Assembly (NCBI GenBank): GCA_003512645.1
Contig: DOPS01000280.1
Location: forward strand, 7,734 to 39,733
DNA from: Desulfosporosinus sp.
GTDB taxonomy: Bacteria; Bacillota; Desulfitobacteriia; Desulfitobacteriales; Desulfitobacteriaceae
Length of the DNA: 32,000 nt
Direction: 5' to 3'
Positions 24,057 through 32,000 of the stretch are shown in pieces. Under the pieces are notes generated by a model. The model saw only the letters and a list, made by a program, of their open reading frames with translations. It was not told the DNA's origin and searched no databases. The position numbers were made by a program, and so were the translations under genes. The stretch's first letter is position 1. Every line of letters starts with the position of its first letter.

Positions 24057-27000
24057 TTAATCGCTCTTCTTAAGATTACTAACCTTTAATTGCTCCATTA
24101 ATTTGGTGCGCAAGTGTTTGATGGCATCATCTAATTCGTTTAAGGTCGTGATCTGCTGTCTTGTATTAAAGAAGAGGTGATAGAGTTCCTTCTCTCTCAA
24201 GTCTCTGGTGGGCTTTTCATGGACACCTGTTGGCTGATAGGGTGCCTTTTCTTTCTTCTGTTGTCTCTGCAGTTCTTCCATCTCACTTGCCTTCTTAGCA
24301 AGGCGTTTTACCTGGTCATTGCACTCAATCTGTAGAGATCGAATGATTAACATGCTTGAATCCTTAGCAATACGCTCTATGAGTTGTTCTAAGATCCTCT
24401 GCCCTTCAGTGAGCATGACTCGGATAGGTTCATTTTCTGTGTAATAATCTATCAATTCCTGATTCTGGACTAAGGTGCCCTCCACCTGCTCGACGATTGT
24501 TTGGCGTGCGGCTTCCACATAGTCAGCGATCTTAGCTTTTAGTTGTTCTTGAAGCAGCGGCAAGTTCGGAATTAGTTGGTAAGGTTTGGGGTTGGCGAGA
24601 ATCGAATCAATTTGAAGTTTAATTAGGTTGATATCCCGATCATTCATCGACAATATCTCCTGCGCATACTTATTAAGCAGTTCGACCGAACTGTCAAAAT
24701 AATCGATGGGGTTACGCCCATAGAAGGAATTGAGTGTATTAAGGTCTTCAAACCACTCATCCAACTGATCCTCTACCAGAATAAACTGACTCACTAGGTC
24801 ATCATCATCGCTGAGGCTTAGAAGACGGTTGGTCCCCATTTTGAATCTCCCAATTTCCGCTTCCCCAGGGTAGGGATAAACCTTGGCACTCTTCCTGCGT
24901 TCTTCAATCTTGCCCAAAGGCCCCATGAATTTATCGTTCAATGCCTCTCTAATTGCCTTGGCCATCTCTTCGTAAGAATCTCCAATAGCATCATTGCCAA
25001 AATACTCACGAAAAATTAACTGGAGTTTTCTACGATCTTCTGCGCCGGGCACTTTTACAGCCATCAACAAGATGCGATCCCTTTCCTGTTGCTTACCCAG
25101 GCGATCGTAGAAGTTGGGATTCGTTGGAGTAAATGTGTCACCTGAATACGTCATCTTAACTTTGATGTCATGATACAAGGCCAAGACTATCGCAATCGTG
25201 TCATAGTCATTCCAACCATAAGGAACTCCACTATATTTGTCGATGAGGCTTTTTAAGGCGACTTTTTCGTGTGATCGATCCGCCTCTTCCATGTGCAGTT
25301 TTACATCTTCATAAGCATTTTTGTTTTCCATACCTTCAGTTGAGTACTGTAATCCGGCGGTTACCATTGAGATCCAGACATTCTTATAATCTTTATAGGA
25401 AGTCGGCTTATCAATATACGCTAACTTAGTGTACGTGTTCCGCACTAACATTTCCAAAGCACTCGTCATTCGGTTTTCAAAGGTGCCGTTAAAATTCCGC
25501 TCTTGACTTTGGATGAAAAATCTTGCTTGCTCACAAGCTCGTTCCATCATGTGCTCAGCTTTTCCCTCAAACCCTTCAACCTGATTAATCTTTGCCTCAT
25601 AGATTCGGTTCTGGCTGGGAGTTGTACTCGGAGATTTTTTGCGTTTTGTATAGCTGAGAATCTGTTCAACATATTCGAGTGCGCCCTCGACTTCAGCAAT
25701 CCGCTCAGGGTCCAAGCAAACGGATAAGACACCCGAGTTCGAGTTTAAGGCTACTTCACTATCACTAACTCGCCCACCATAGACTTGGACGGTGAGGGAA
25801 TGGGTCATGATCGTACGTACAAAATTATCAAATCGCTTATTATAGTCAAATTCTTTCTTTTCATAACTAACCTTCGCCTTATTATAAATAGTATCGAAAA
25901 ACATTTTCCCTAGGAGTTCTTTGATCCGCCCAGACTTGACTGGTTCGTTATGTATCTCACGATTGATCTCTTGCTCTTCATCGGATAGGAAAGAGTAGCT
26001 CTGGTCTGGATGTTGCTCGATATACCTGGTCTGTTCTAAGCGAGCTAGGGATTCCTTGACCGCGTTTTCCAGAGGTAAGCGCTCGCTATGAATACTGGGT
26101 ATTAGCAGGGTTGCGACGTTATTCGCTTTGGCTTTAAGCGCCTCTATACTCTTAATCATATAGAGAACGGTTAACACGTGCACATCAAAATCCAACAATC
26201 CTTCATTATTGCGTGCTCGATCCTCTGCCCGGGCAATCGTGCTGGTAATAGCGGAATCTAAGAAACTGCGGATCGAAGGATAGAAATCAGCCATCGTCAC
26301 TAAGTTCGTGGTATCTTTCTCTGCCTTCAGGAGGCAGGCTTCTTGGAAAGCTTTCAGTAGCGAGCGCTCCCCGTGCGCAAGGTGTGCACCACCCTCTCCT
26401 TGGGTGCGAATCTTATTAAAAACCTCTTTGAGCAACTCCACTTGGTAGGGTACGAAGGGAAAGAGTTCCACGAACTCCAAGGTTGAACGATAAGCCATCC
26501 GTAATTGGGTGGTACCTGGCTCAAAGGACAGACGATTGCGTATTATTTGCTCTTCTTGATCATAACGAAGGGTCAAACTTGCCGCAGCAGTCTCAGTTTT
26601 TTCGAGCAAACGGCGTTTAAGAACCGCATCCGTGTTTGCACTGGATAAATTCAGGCGAGTGATAAAACGTCCCTGAATTTTTGAAAAGTCATCCGAACTT
26701 TTCAAATTAATTGCGGATTCGATTTTTTCTTGTGAGGTGACGATCACCCAAGCTTGTCCCATGGCTGCTTGGCCAATTTCTTCAACCACCGTTTGTAAGT
26801 TGAGCATCAGATCCGAGTCTGTCCCGATATACTGACCGACTTCATCCGCTAAGAAGACTAGACGATAATCCGAACCCCGACTTTGGCAATACGTTGCAAT
26901 TAATTTGGCGAGCATATCGGCGGTCATCTCCAAGGAATCTTTAGCCGTCGTAAGAAATTGTCTGGCTGATTCCTCGTCAACTCCAAGATTGATCAAGGCT

Positions 27001-27629
27001 TGGATAATCCCTTTTTGCTTAAGGCGGATTTTCAAGCGGATCTCTTCCCATGATGATCCGGTAACCTTCCTAATTTCCTCTTTAAAGGATCGATAAATCC
27101 CTTCACTTTCTAATTGACGTTCAATATCCGCCACCCAAATGGTCTCTGAATACCCGAGATGTCCATTGAAAACCCGTAAGAATACCTCCACTATTCGTTC
27201 TTTATTACTGGCACTCGAAGAGGATTTAGAATCAATGTTAAAGAGTATAGCGTCGCTCGGTTTCTCGGAAACCTTTTGCATCATGTCCAGCAATTCACGA
27301 TCAGCGGTCTTATCTATGAAGTAATCAACTGGCCTTTTTCCAGCCACCTCTTTGTTGTCGAGTAAGTAGGAAAGGATTTTCAAGAAATGAGATTTACCTG
27401 AACCAAAGAATCCAGAAATCCAGACCCCAATATCCTTACCTGGTCGCTTGTACACTGCAAGATAATTTTTATAGAAGGCTGTAATATAGCGAGTGCCTTC
27501 CTCCGTCATGACGTATTCCTCGAGCTCTGTTTTCATGGTTTCTGGGTCAACTTGACCGGCTTGCACTACGCCGTTAATATTTCGTCTTATCTTCTTCTGA
27601 AAGATATCTTCGATAAGCAACGTTGCCAT
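24057..27629 (-). CDS. brxC: BREX BrxC/PglY P-loop ATPase
   Basis: About 1190 aa. Walker A: GFFGSGKSHFLK. Walker B-like: LVFLADEVGQY. The ORF track starts at 27638, but AGGAG abuts that ATG; the ATG at 27629 (MATLLIEDIF) has 9-nt spacing. Confidence 0.88.
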   Translation of the reverse strand: MATLLIEDIFQKKIRRNINGVVQAGQVDPETMKTELEEYVMTEEGTRYITAFYKNYLAVYKRPGKDIGVWISGFFGSGKSHFLKILSYLLDNKEVAGKRPVDYFIDKTADRELLDMMQKVSEKPSDAILFNIDSKSSSSASNKERIVEVFLRVFNGHLGYSETIWVADIERQLESEGIYRSFKEEIRKVTGSSWEEIRLKIRLKQKGIIQALINLGVDEESARQFLTTAKDSLEMTADMLAKLIATYCQSRGSDYRLVFLADEVGQYIGTDSDLMLNLQTVVEEIGQAAMGQAWVIVTSQEKIESAINLKSSDDFSKIQGRFITRLNLSSANTDAVLKRRLLEKTETAAASLTLRYDQEEQIIRNRLSFEPGTTQLRMAYRSTLEFVELFPFVPYQVELLKEVFNKIRTQGEGGAHLAHGERSLLKAFQEACLLKAEKDTTNLVTMADFYPSIRSFLDSAITSTIARAEDRARNNEGLLDFDVHVLTVLYMIKSIEALKAKANNVATLLIPSIHSERLPLENAVKESLARLEQTRYIEQHPDQSYSFLSDEEQEINREIHNEPVKSGRIKELLGKMFFDTIYNKAKVSYEKKEFDYNKRFDNFVRTIMTHSLTVQVYGGRVSDSEVALNSNSGVLSVCLDPERIAEVEGALEYVEQILSYTKRKKSPSTTPSQNRIYEAKINQVEGFEGKAEHMMERACEQARFFIQSQERNFNGTFENRMTSALEMLVRNTYTKLAYIDKPTSYKDYKNVWISMVTAGLQYSTEGMENKNAYEDVKLHMEEADRSHEKVALKSLIDKYSGVPYGWNDYDTIAIVLALYHDIKVKMTYSGDTFTPTNPNFYDRLGKQQERDRILLMAVKVPGAEDRRKLQLIFREYFGNDAIGDSYEEMAKAIREALNDKFMGPLGKIEERRKSAKVYPYPGEAEIGRFKMGTNRLLSLSDDDDLVSQFILVEDQLDEWFEDLNTLNSFYGRNPIDYFDSSVELLNKYAQEILSMNDRDINLIKLQIDSILANPKPYQLIPNLPLLQEQLKAKIADYVEAARQTIVEQVEGTLVQNQELIDYYTENEPIRVMLTEGQRILEQLIERIAKDSSMLIIRSLQIECNDQVKRLAKKASEMEELQRQQKKEKAPYQPTGVHEKPTRDLREKELYHLFFNTRQQITTLNELDDAIKHLRTKLMEQLKVSNLKKSD

Positions 27630-27654
27630 GAAATTCATCTCCTGTTTCTTCCAT

Positions 27655-28209
27655 CTAGATTCTCGATAACAGATACTGGTCTTCGTTATTTAGTCGATGA
27701 AATAAGCGCAGATTAAGTCCTGTAAATTGCCCAGGGTAAAATAATACGACCGTACGACGATACGCATAGGTAGATAATAACTTAAGCAGTTTACTTGAGC
27801 GCATTAGGGGAAAAGCATTTCCTACTCCGGTGATGAAGATAAGCTCTGCATTCCCAGCTTCCTTGATAAAGGACTCGACTAGAGTCTGTTCATTATCTAG
27901 GACCGTTTCTGTCGTTTCGACTAAGCCGCTCAGACCTTCTTCATCACTTATTTCTAAGAGTTCCTCGAGATCCCCCTCGAATAGATTCAGAAAGAACTCA
28001 AATAGGTTGATATTCTTTATTCTAAGCGTGGATTGCTCGATTAGGGCTTTGAGATAAATACGTACCTTTAGCTCATCCTCGGCAGGGTAATCAAACACAT
28101 AATGAGGAATTTCACTTCCTATTCCCTTGGGGGTAGTAAAACCCTGCTTGTGGATTCGGTTTTCGAGGTTATTTAAACGTTCATAGGTTTCAGCGTTCAA
28201 TTGATTCAC
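27655..28209 (-). CDS. brxB: BREX BrxB (DUF1788)
   Basis: 184 aa. The GTG start directly abuts the brxA stop (TAGGTG). Motifs: FITGVGNAFPLMRS and VVLFYPG. The position between brxA and brxC is canonical. Confidence 0.8.
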   Translation of the reverse strand: MNQLNAETYERLNNLENRIHKQGFTTPKGIGSEIPHYVFDYPAEDELKVRIYLKALIEQSTLRIKNINLFEFFLNLFEGDLEELLEISDEEGLSGLVETTETVLDNEQTLVESFIKEAGNAELIFITGVGNAFPLMRSSKLLKLLSTYAYRRTVVLFYPGQFTGLNLRLFHRLNNEDQYLLSRI

Positions 28210-28842
28210 CTACCTTAATGTTGTTAGTATAGCCAGCAGTGGATAGTGATCTATTGCATAATCTTTTAATTCCCGATTGACGTGTAGAGGAGTAATCTGG
28301 TAGACATGTCTCTCTTTTTCGGTCAGCAAGCCGCACTCGCGAAAAAACATCAGCATAGAACTTTTTAAGCGTTGCTTTGTCTTAGGGCTCCAACGTGCAA
28401 TTTCCTCAGTTTCAGCTTCTTTCCTTTCAAAGAAGAAATCCAGCTCTACTTTGCGCAAAATCCCTTGATTATGGAGATAATCATAAAGAACGATCTCCAT
28501 GAAAAATTCATAGGGCAAACGATACGTATATAGGTAACTATATAAAATTAGAGCGTTCTCCTCAAAGCGAGTCCCCTCTAAATAAGCCTCTAATAGGATC
28601 TCGTCAAAGTTGCCAATTCTTTGCAGCACCCTTTTCAGCCTATCGCGAATTCCAGCTTCACTCCTCATTTGGAACAAATTATGGTTTAAAACTTCTTGTA
28701 CAATTTCTGTTCTCGATAAGCCCCTTCTCTGAAGCCGGAGGACCTCCCGAATTTCCTGTTTAAATAAGCCGGTACTGGTAAAACCTGCAGAATATTTCTT
28801 CATATCATAGTAAACCATCCTCTGATTCATAATACTGATCAA
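28210..28842 (-). CDS. brxA: BREX BrxA (DUF1819)
   Basis: First gene of the locus. The ORF track uses the TTG at 28842; the ATG at 28803 (MKKYSAGFTSTGLF) is the more typical BrxA N-terminus. Size, position and pattern fit DUF1819. Confidence 0.75.
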   Translation of the reverse strand: MISIMNQRMVYYDMKKYSAGFTSTGLFKQEIREVLRLQRRGLSRTEIVQEVLNHNLFQMRSEAGIRDRLKRVLQRIGNFDEILLEAYLEGTRFEENALILYSYLYTYRLPYEFFMEIVLYDYLHNQGILRKVELDFFFERKEAETEEIARWSPKTKQRLKSSMLMFFRECGLLTEKERHVYQITPLHVNRELKDYAIDHYPLLAILTTLR

Positions 28843-29285
28843 TCGAACACACTTGATACTATATCAGGTTAAACCGACAAGAAACTGTTTATCTCGATAC
28901 TGTGAAGGCTGACTAGCCCTGACTCTATTCTGTCGTCTATATAATCGATGACATATCTTCTTAAAGGATTAATGTCATTTGAAATCTTCTAATTCCTTAC
29001 AATTATAGTTATTTCTACACCTTTATGAATTAACCTGCAAATCTCAGTTGAATCTTGAATTTTCCTTGATCTTTAATGGAGGCTTTTGAATTGAAAATTA
29101 CACTCGTAGAATATTCAAGGGTCTTCTAAATGCCGTTAATTTAACTGTGCAACATTCCTTCTACAGTATATTTTTCGACTTATTCTACGTTTAGTGTAAC
29201 CATTAGTGATAATGGATAACGGAAGTTACATTACGGCAAATCCATTTTCATCTCTTTAACATTTCGTGTTCCTTTCTTAAAACAG

Positions 29286-32000
29286 TTAATCCTCGAACAA
29301 TACCATTTGTTCAGTGTCAGAGTTTATTTCTTGTTTAGCCACAGGTTTTGATTTTTGGGGATACGTCTCATCCAAATACTTTGATACTTTTTTCAAGTCT
29401 CGTTTGGGGATCTTCTTCTCCATTTTTGGCAACTTGAGGTGTGATCTGTATAATCCCATATGATGCCGTTTATTCTCCAGACAACGCCAAGATGGCTCTT
29501 CCCCCCAATATCCAAATTCAACTGGGCCCCCGCATGTACGACAAGTTAGTTCTCCATTCATCGGATACTTCTGGTCAATTCCACGCGTAAAACAATTGTC
29601 GGTAACGCATCTCCAATAATAAGGGGCATCTTTACCTTCGGCTGCTATCATCTCTGAGCCGCAAACAGGACATTTGGATTCTGGTGTATCAATATAATTA
29701 ATAAGTTCAGAAAGCCTCAAAACCTCTTTATAATCTTTTTGTACAGTTTTACTGCACCTTCTCTCCATAATTTCCTGAGTCGATGAAAAACTTAACGGAT
29801 TCAGTGAGCCGGTCCAAACGATATCATCATCAATAAAAACTAGTTTTTCATGCATTTTCATTTTATGTATAAGGACTATACCAATATTCGAAATGTGTTC
29901 CTCTATTTCCCGGTATGTAGCAACCTCAGTCTTATTGCGGTCCTGAAGACTTTTAGTAATAACAAAGATAGTTACCCCCCGCTCAATTGCAGCCTGCAAT
30001 TGGGGTTGCAGATAGGACAACCGATCTTTTGTCATAAAGGGTGAGTATATTACTATCTCATTTTTTGCCTTTTCCAAGTCGTCCGATAAGTACATATAAA
30101 AAGACTCTTGGGTAACTACTAATCTTTCCTCGACCGTTTCAATTTTACCCCCAGCGACAATTCTTTGTGCTTTTAAAGATTGTTCATGTAATTTCGGTGC
30201 AAGCTCTCTTGCATCAATCATCGGAAACTTCTTTTCGTATATAAGATCATTTAGCAAATCGGCTAGCTCAGATTTCTTACCTTTAGAGAGACAATACTTA
30301 AAATCGCCAATAATAAAGAGTTTAAATTTGGCCCTTGTTATCGCGACATTAAAAAGGCGTCCCATCTGTTCCTTCATTTCAGAGGAATTCATAAAAAGAT
30401 TTACCCTAAAATGCGGCTCATCTACAACTAAATCAAATATGACAATATCCGCTTCTGAACCTTGAAAGCTGTGAACCGTTCCAGCACGAACTAAATCATC
30501 CTCAATTCCACTATCTTTTAATAGAAGGTCAATCAGTTTTGTGTGGGGCCGATATGGGGAAATAATTAAGATCTTGCTCTCTTTCCCTTTAAAGCTATTT
30601 GAACTGCTCTCTAAACCCTTTGAAATAATCCTTTCTGCAAGATTTACTGATAAAGTAGCAGAAAGGAAATTCAACCGGCTGCTTTGGTTTCCCTTTGATA
30701 CACTAGTTACCCAGGCGTTTAAACTTTCAGTATTAACTAAGACTACTGGACTGTCCGTTAAAAAACTATCATTGCACCACTTATCAAATTCAGCTTTGCT
30801 CTGCCTTCTTTTATCTGAACCCGGCGATTTTAACATCCCATAATAACGATTTGCTATTTCGGCGATATCAGGCTCCATTCGGTGCTGTTCATTAAGGGTA
30901 ATAAAGTAATTGGGTAAGCATTTTTTTACGTATTTTTCTTTGATACCAGATTGTTCAAAGATATCGCAACCAATCCACTTCTTGGCTATTTCAGTATCTG
31001 ATAAGACAATAGGCGGAAGTTGCTTGAAATCGCCAACAATAACGACATTATTGGTTGACAGAAGCGTTGCAGTCCAGAGTGCTGGAATCGGGGCCATAGA
31101 TGCCTCATCCAAAATAATTGTATCAAATTTCCTTGCATGAAGTTCATCGCTTAGATACGCTTTTGTTAATGTGGTTCCGATGATTTTGGCATCAGCTATT
31201 ATATGCTTTTCGATCTCATCAATTTTATTTTGAATCTCTGCAATTTCGGCAGTATAAAGTATGATATCTTTCTCAAGTAACTTAATATATTCTTTAGCCT
31301 CATCCGGACTAAAACCTATTAAACTTATACTGAGCAAATTATAGTTTTCATCCATCAATGACAGAAAGTCCTGGAAACTAGCACAGCCCTGGTATTCATT
31401 GCTTTGACCAGAAGTCATCTTAGTTTTCTCAATCTTATTTTCTATATAGTGTTTTTTTAAGCTAATGCTTTTTGTCAACGCAAGATTATTAGTTATACAT
31501 TCATTCAGCTCTTTTTCTAGTCTTGCATAATCTGATATTACTCCTTCAAGATCACTCCCAAAATCAGCTTCTATCTTTCTTATCTTTTCTTCTAGTTCAA
31601 CTATCTTGTCATCTAGTTCTTTCGATTTTTCTTTGCTTGCGTTCATAACTTGGTTACATTTCTCAATTTTTGCAAGCGTTTGTTTGTATTGCTTTTCTAT
31701 ATCCTTAATTGAGGTTGATACGGCTATTGAATGCAGTTCACTTTCGAGGGCAAACCTTTTTTGGTACGATGTATCTTTATTGCCGTATACCACAATTTTA
31801 GCCTTGAGTGTTTCGTTTAAATCGCGCAAGGTAGTATCAAGCAGAGTAATATCTTGGCTCAGACGCTCAGGTGAAGGTATACGTCTTAGAGCCCTACTGA
31901 TAACATTTGTTTGCGAAGCCTCTAAATGTAAATTTTTCGCCTTTAAAAGGTCAGAAGACTTGGTGGATATTTCAATTTGTAGATCATTTATCTCTTTTTC
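29286..32000 (-). CDS. Partial (5' end outside the window) SF1 Upf1/DNA2-like helicase with a coiled-coil insert, a C-terminal single-HKD PLD nuclease and two zinc ribbons (type II Mokosh-like)
   Basis: The frame stays open from 31829 to the window end, and Walker A is not in the window. Motifs: IILDEASMA (II), VIVGDFKQLPP (III), VHSFQGSEADIVIF (V), NVAITRAK (VI). PLD: MHEKLVFIDDDIVWTGSLNPLS. Zinc ribbons: CPVCGSE..WRCVTDNC and CRTCGGP..WRC. Confidence 0.7.
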   Translation of the reverse strand, partial: EKEINDLQIEISTKSSDLLKAKNLHLEASQTNVISRALRRIPSPERLSQDITLLDTTLRDLNETLKAKIVVYGNKDTSYQKRFALESELHSIAVSTSIKDIEKQYKQTLAKIEKCNQVMNASKEKSKELDDKIVELEEKIRKIEADFGSDLEGVISDYARLEKELNECITNNLALTKSISLKKHYIENKIEKTKMTSGQSNEYQGCASFQDFLSLMDENYNLLSISLIGFSPDEAKEYIKLLEKDIILYTAEIAEIQNKIDEIEKHIIADAKIIGTTLTKAYLSDELHARKFDTIILDEASMAPIPALWTATLLSTNNVVIVGDFKQLPPIVLSDTEIAKKWIGCDIFEQSGIKEKYVKKCLPNYFITLNEQHRMEPDIAEIANRYYGMLKSPGSDKRRQSKAEFDKWCNDSFLTDSPVVLVNTESLNAWVTSVSKGNQSSRLNFLSATLSVNLAERIISKGLESSSNSFKGKESKILIISPYRPHTKLIDLLLKDSGIEDDLVRAGTVHSFQGSEADIVIFDLVVDEPHFRVNLFMNSSEMKEQMGRLFNVAITRAKFKLFIIGDFKYCLSKGKKSELADLLNDLIYEKKFPMIDARELAPKLHEQSLKAQRIVAGGKIETVEERLVVTQESFYMYLSDDLEKAKNEIVIYSPFMTKDRLSYLQPQLQAAIERGVTIFVITKSLQDRNKTEVATYREIEEHISNIGIVLIHKMKMHEKLVFIDDDIVWTGSLNPLSFSSTQEIMERRCSKTVQKDYKEVLRLSELINYIDTPESKCPVCGSEMIAAEGKDAPYYWRCVTDNCFTRGIDQKYPMNGELTCRTCGGPVEFGYWGEEPSWRCLENKRHHMGLYRSHLKLPKMEKKIPKRDLKKVSKYLDETYPQKSKPVAKQEINSDTEQMVLFED

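Noticed and set aside
14405-27324. Short ORFs nested in or antisense to the CD-NTase, BREX and helicase genes (for example 17459-17662, 20838-21062, 21657-21929, 23487-23669, 25547-25732, and all plus-strand ones)
   Set aside because: They are out-of-frame or antisense overlaps within long CDSs that carry clear catalytic motifs. There is no independent evidence for them.
28948-28978. 7-bp inverted repeat ATGACAT-N17-ATGTCAT upstream of brxA, as a possible operator
   Set aside because: A 7-bp inverted repeat with a short spacer is roughly expected by chance in a 440-bp AT-rich region, and there is no cognate regulator gene nearby.
1-32000. CRISPR arrays, tRNA/rRNA genes, IS elements and integrases
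   Set aside because: I saw no regularly spaced direct repeats, no cloverleaf-like segments in the intergenic regions, and no DDE/tyrosine/serine recombinase-like translations in the ORF track.

Overview
The window reads as one dense anti-phage defence island from a low-GC, Firmicutes-like bacterium (strong GGAGG-type ribosome-binding sites, frequent GTG/TTG starts). Every substantial gene except one is on the minus strand. I saw no rRNA, tRNA, CRISPR array, transposase or integrase. All domain calls rest on motif recognition by eye; no searches were run.

From the right end to the left:
- 29286->32000: a partial SF1 (Upf1/DNA2-like) helicase fused to a PLD nuclease and two zinc ribbons, resembling a type II Mokosh gene.
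- 14733-28842: a complete BREX locus, brxA-brxB-brxC-pglX-pglZ. The usual Lon-like brxL is replaced by a 1058-aa SNF2 helicase (BrxHII-like, giving a type 1/type 5 hybrid layout).
- 12987-14559: a two-gene type I CBASS (CD-NTase plus a 2TM Cap15-like effector). The effector is broken by a 1-nt frameshift.
- 12349-12986: about 640 bp with no credible ORF.
- 11317-12348: an EVE/PUA-like-HNH protein, predicted to be a type IV restriction enzyme.
- 9111-11117: the only plus-strand gene, a single-HKD PLD nuclease fused to an SF3/VirE-like P-loop ATPase.
- 6638-9007: an uncharacterised 3-4 gene operon that includes a MUG/TDG-like glycosylase fold and an RlmJ-like protein with a degenerate DPDN motif.
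- 804-6270: a co-directional run of nuclease-type genes. These are HEPN/Toprim-N + Toprim, DUF6884 + GIY-YIG, a frameshifted zinc ribbon, a ParB/Srx-like protein and a DUF2779 protein.
- 1-803: decayed gene fragments (DUF1643, macro domain, SEC-C motif).

The best candidates for undescribed systems are the 6638-9007 operon, the PLD-ATPase fusion at 9111-11117, and the nuclease-rich cluster at 804-6270.
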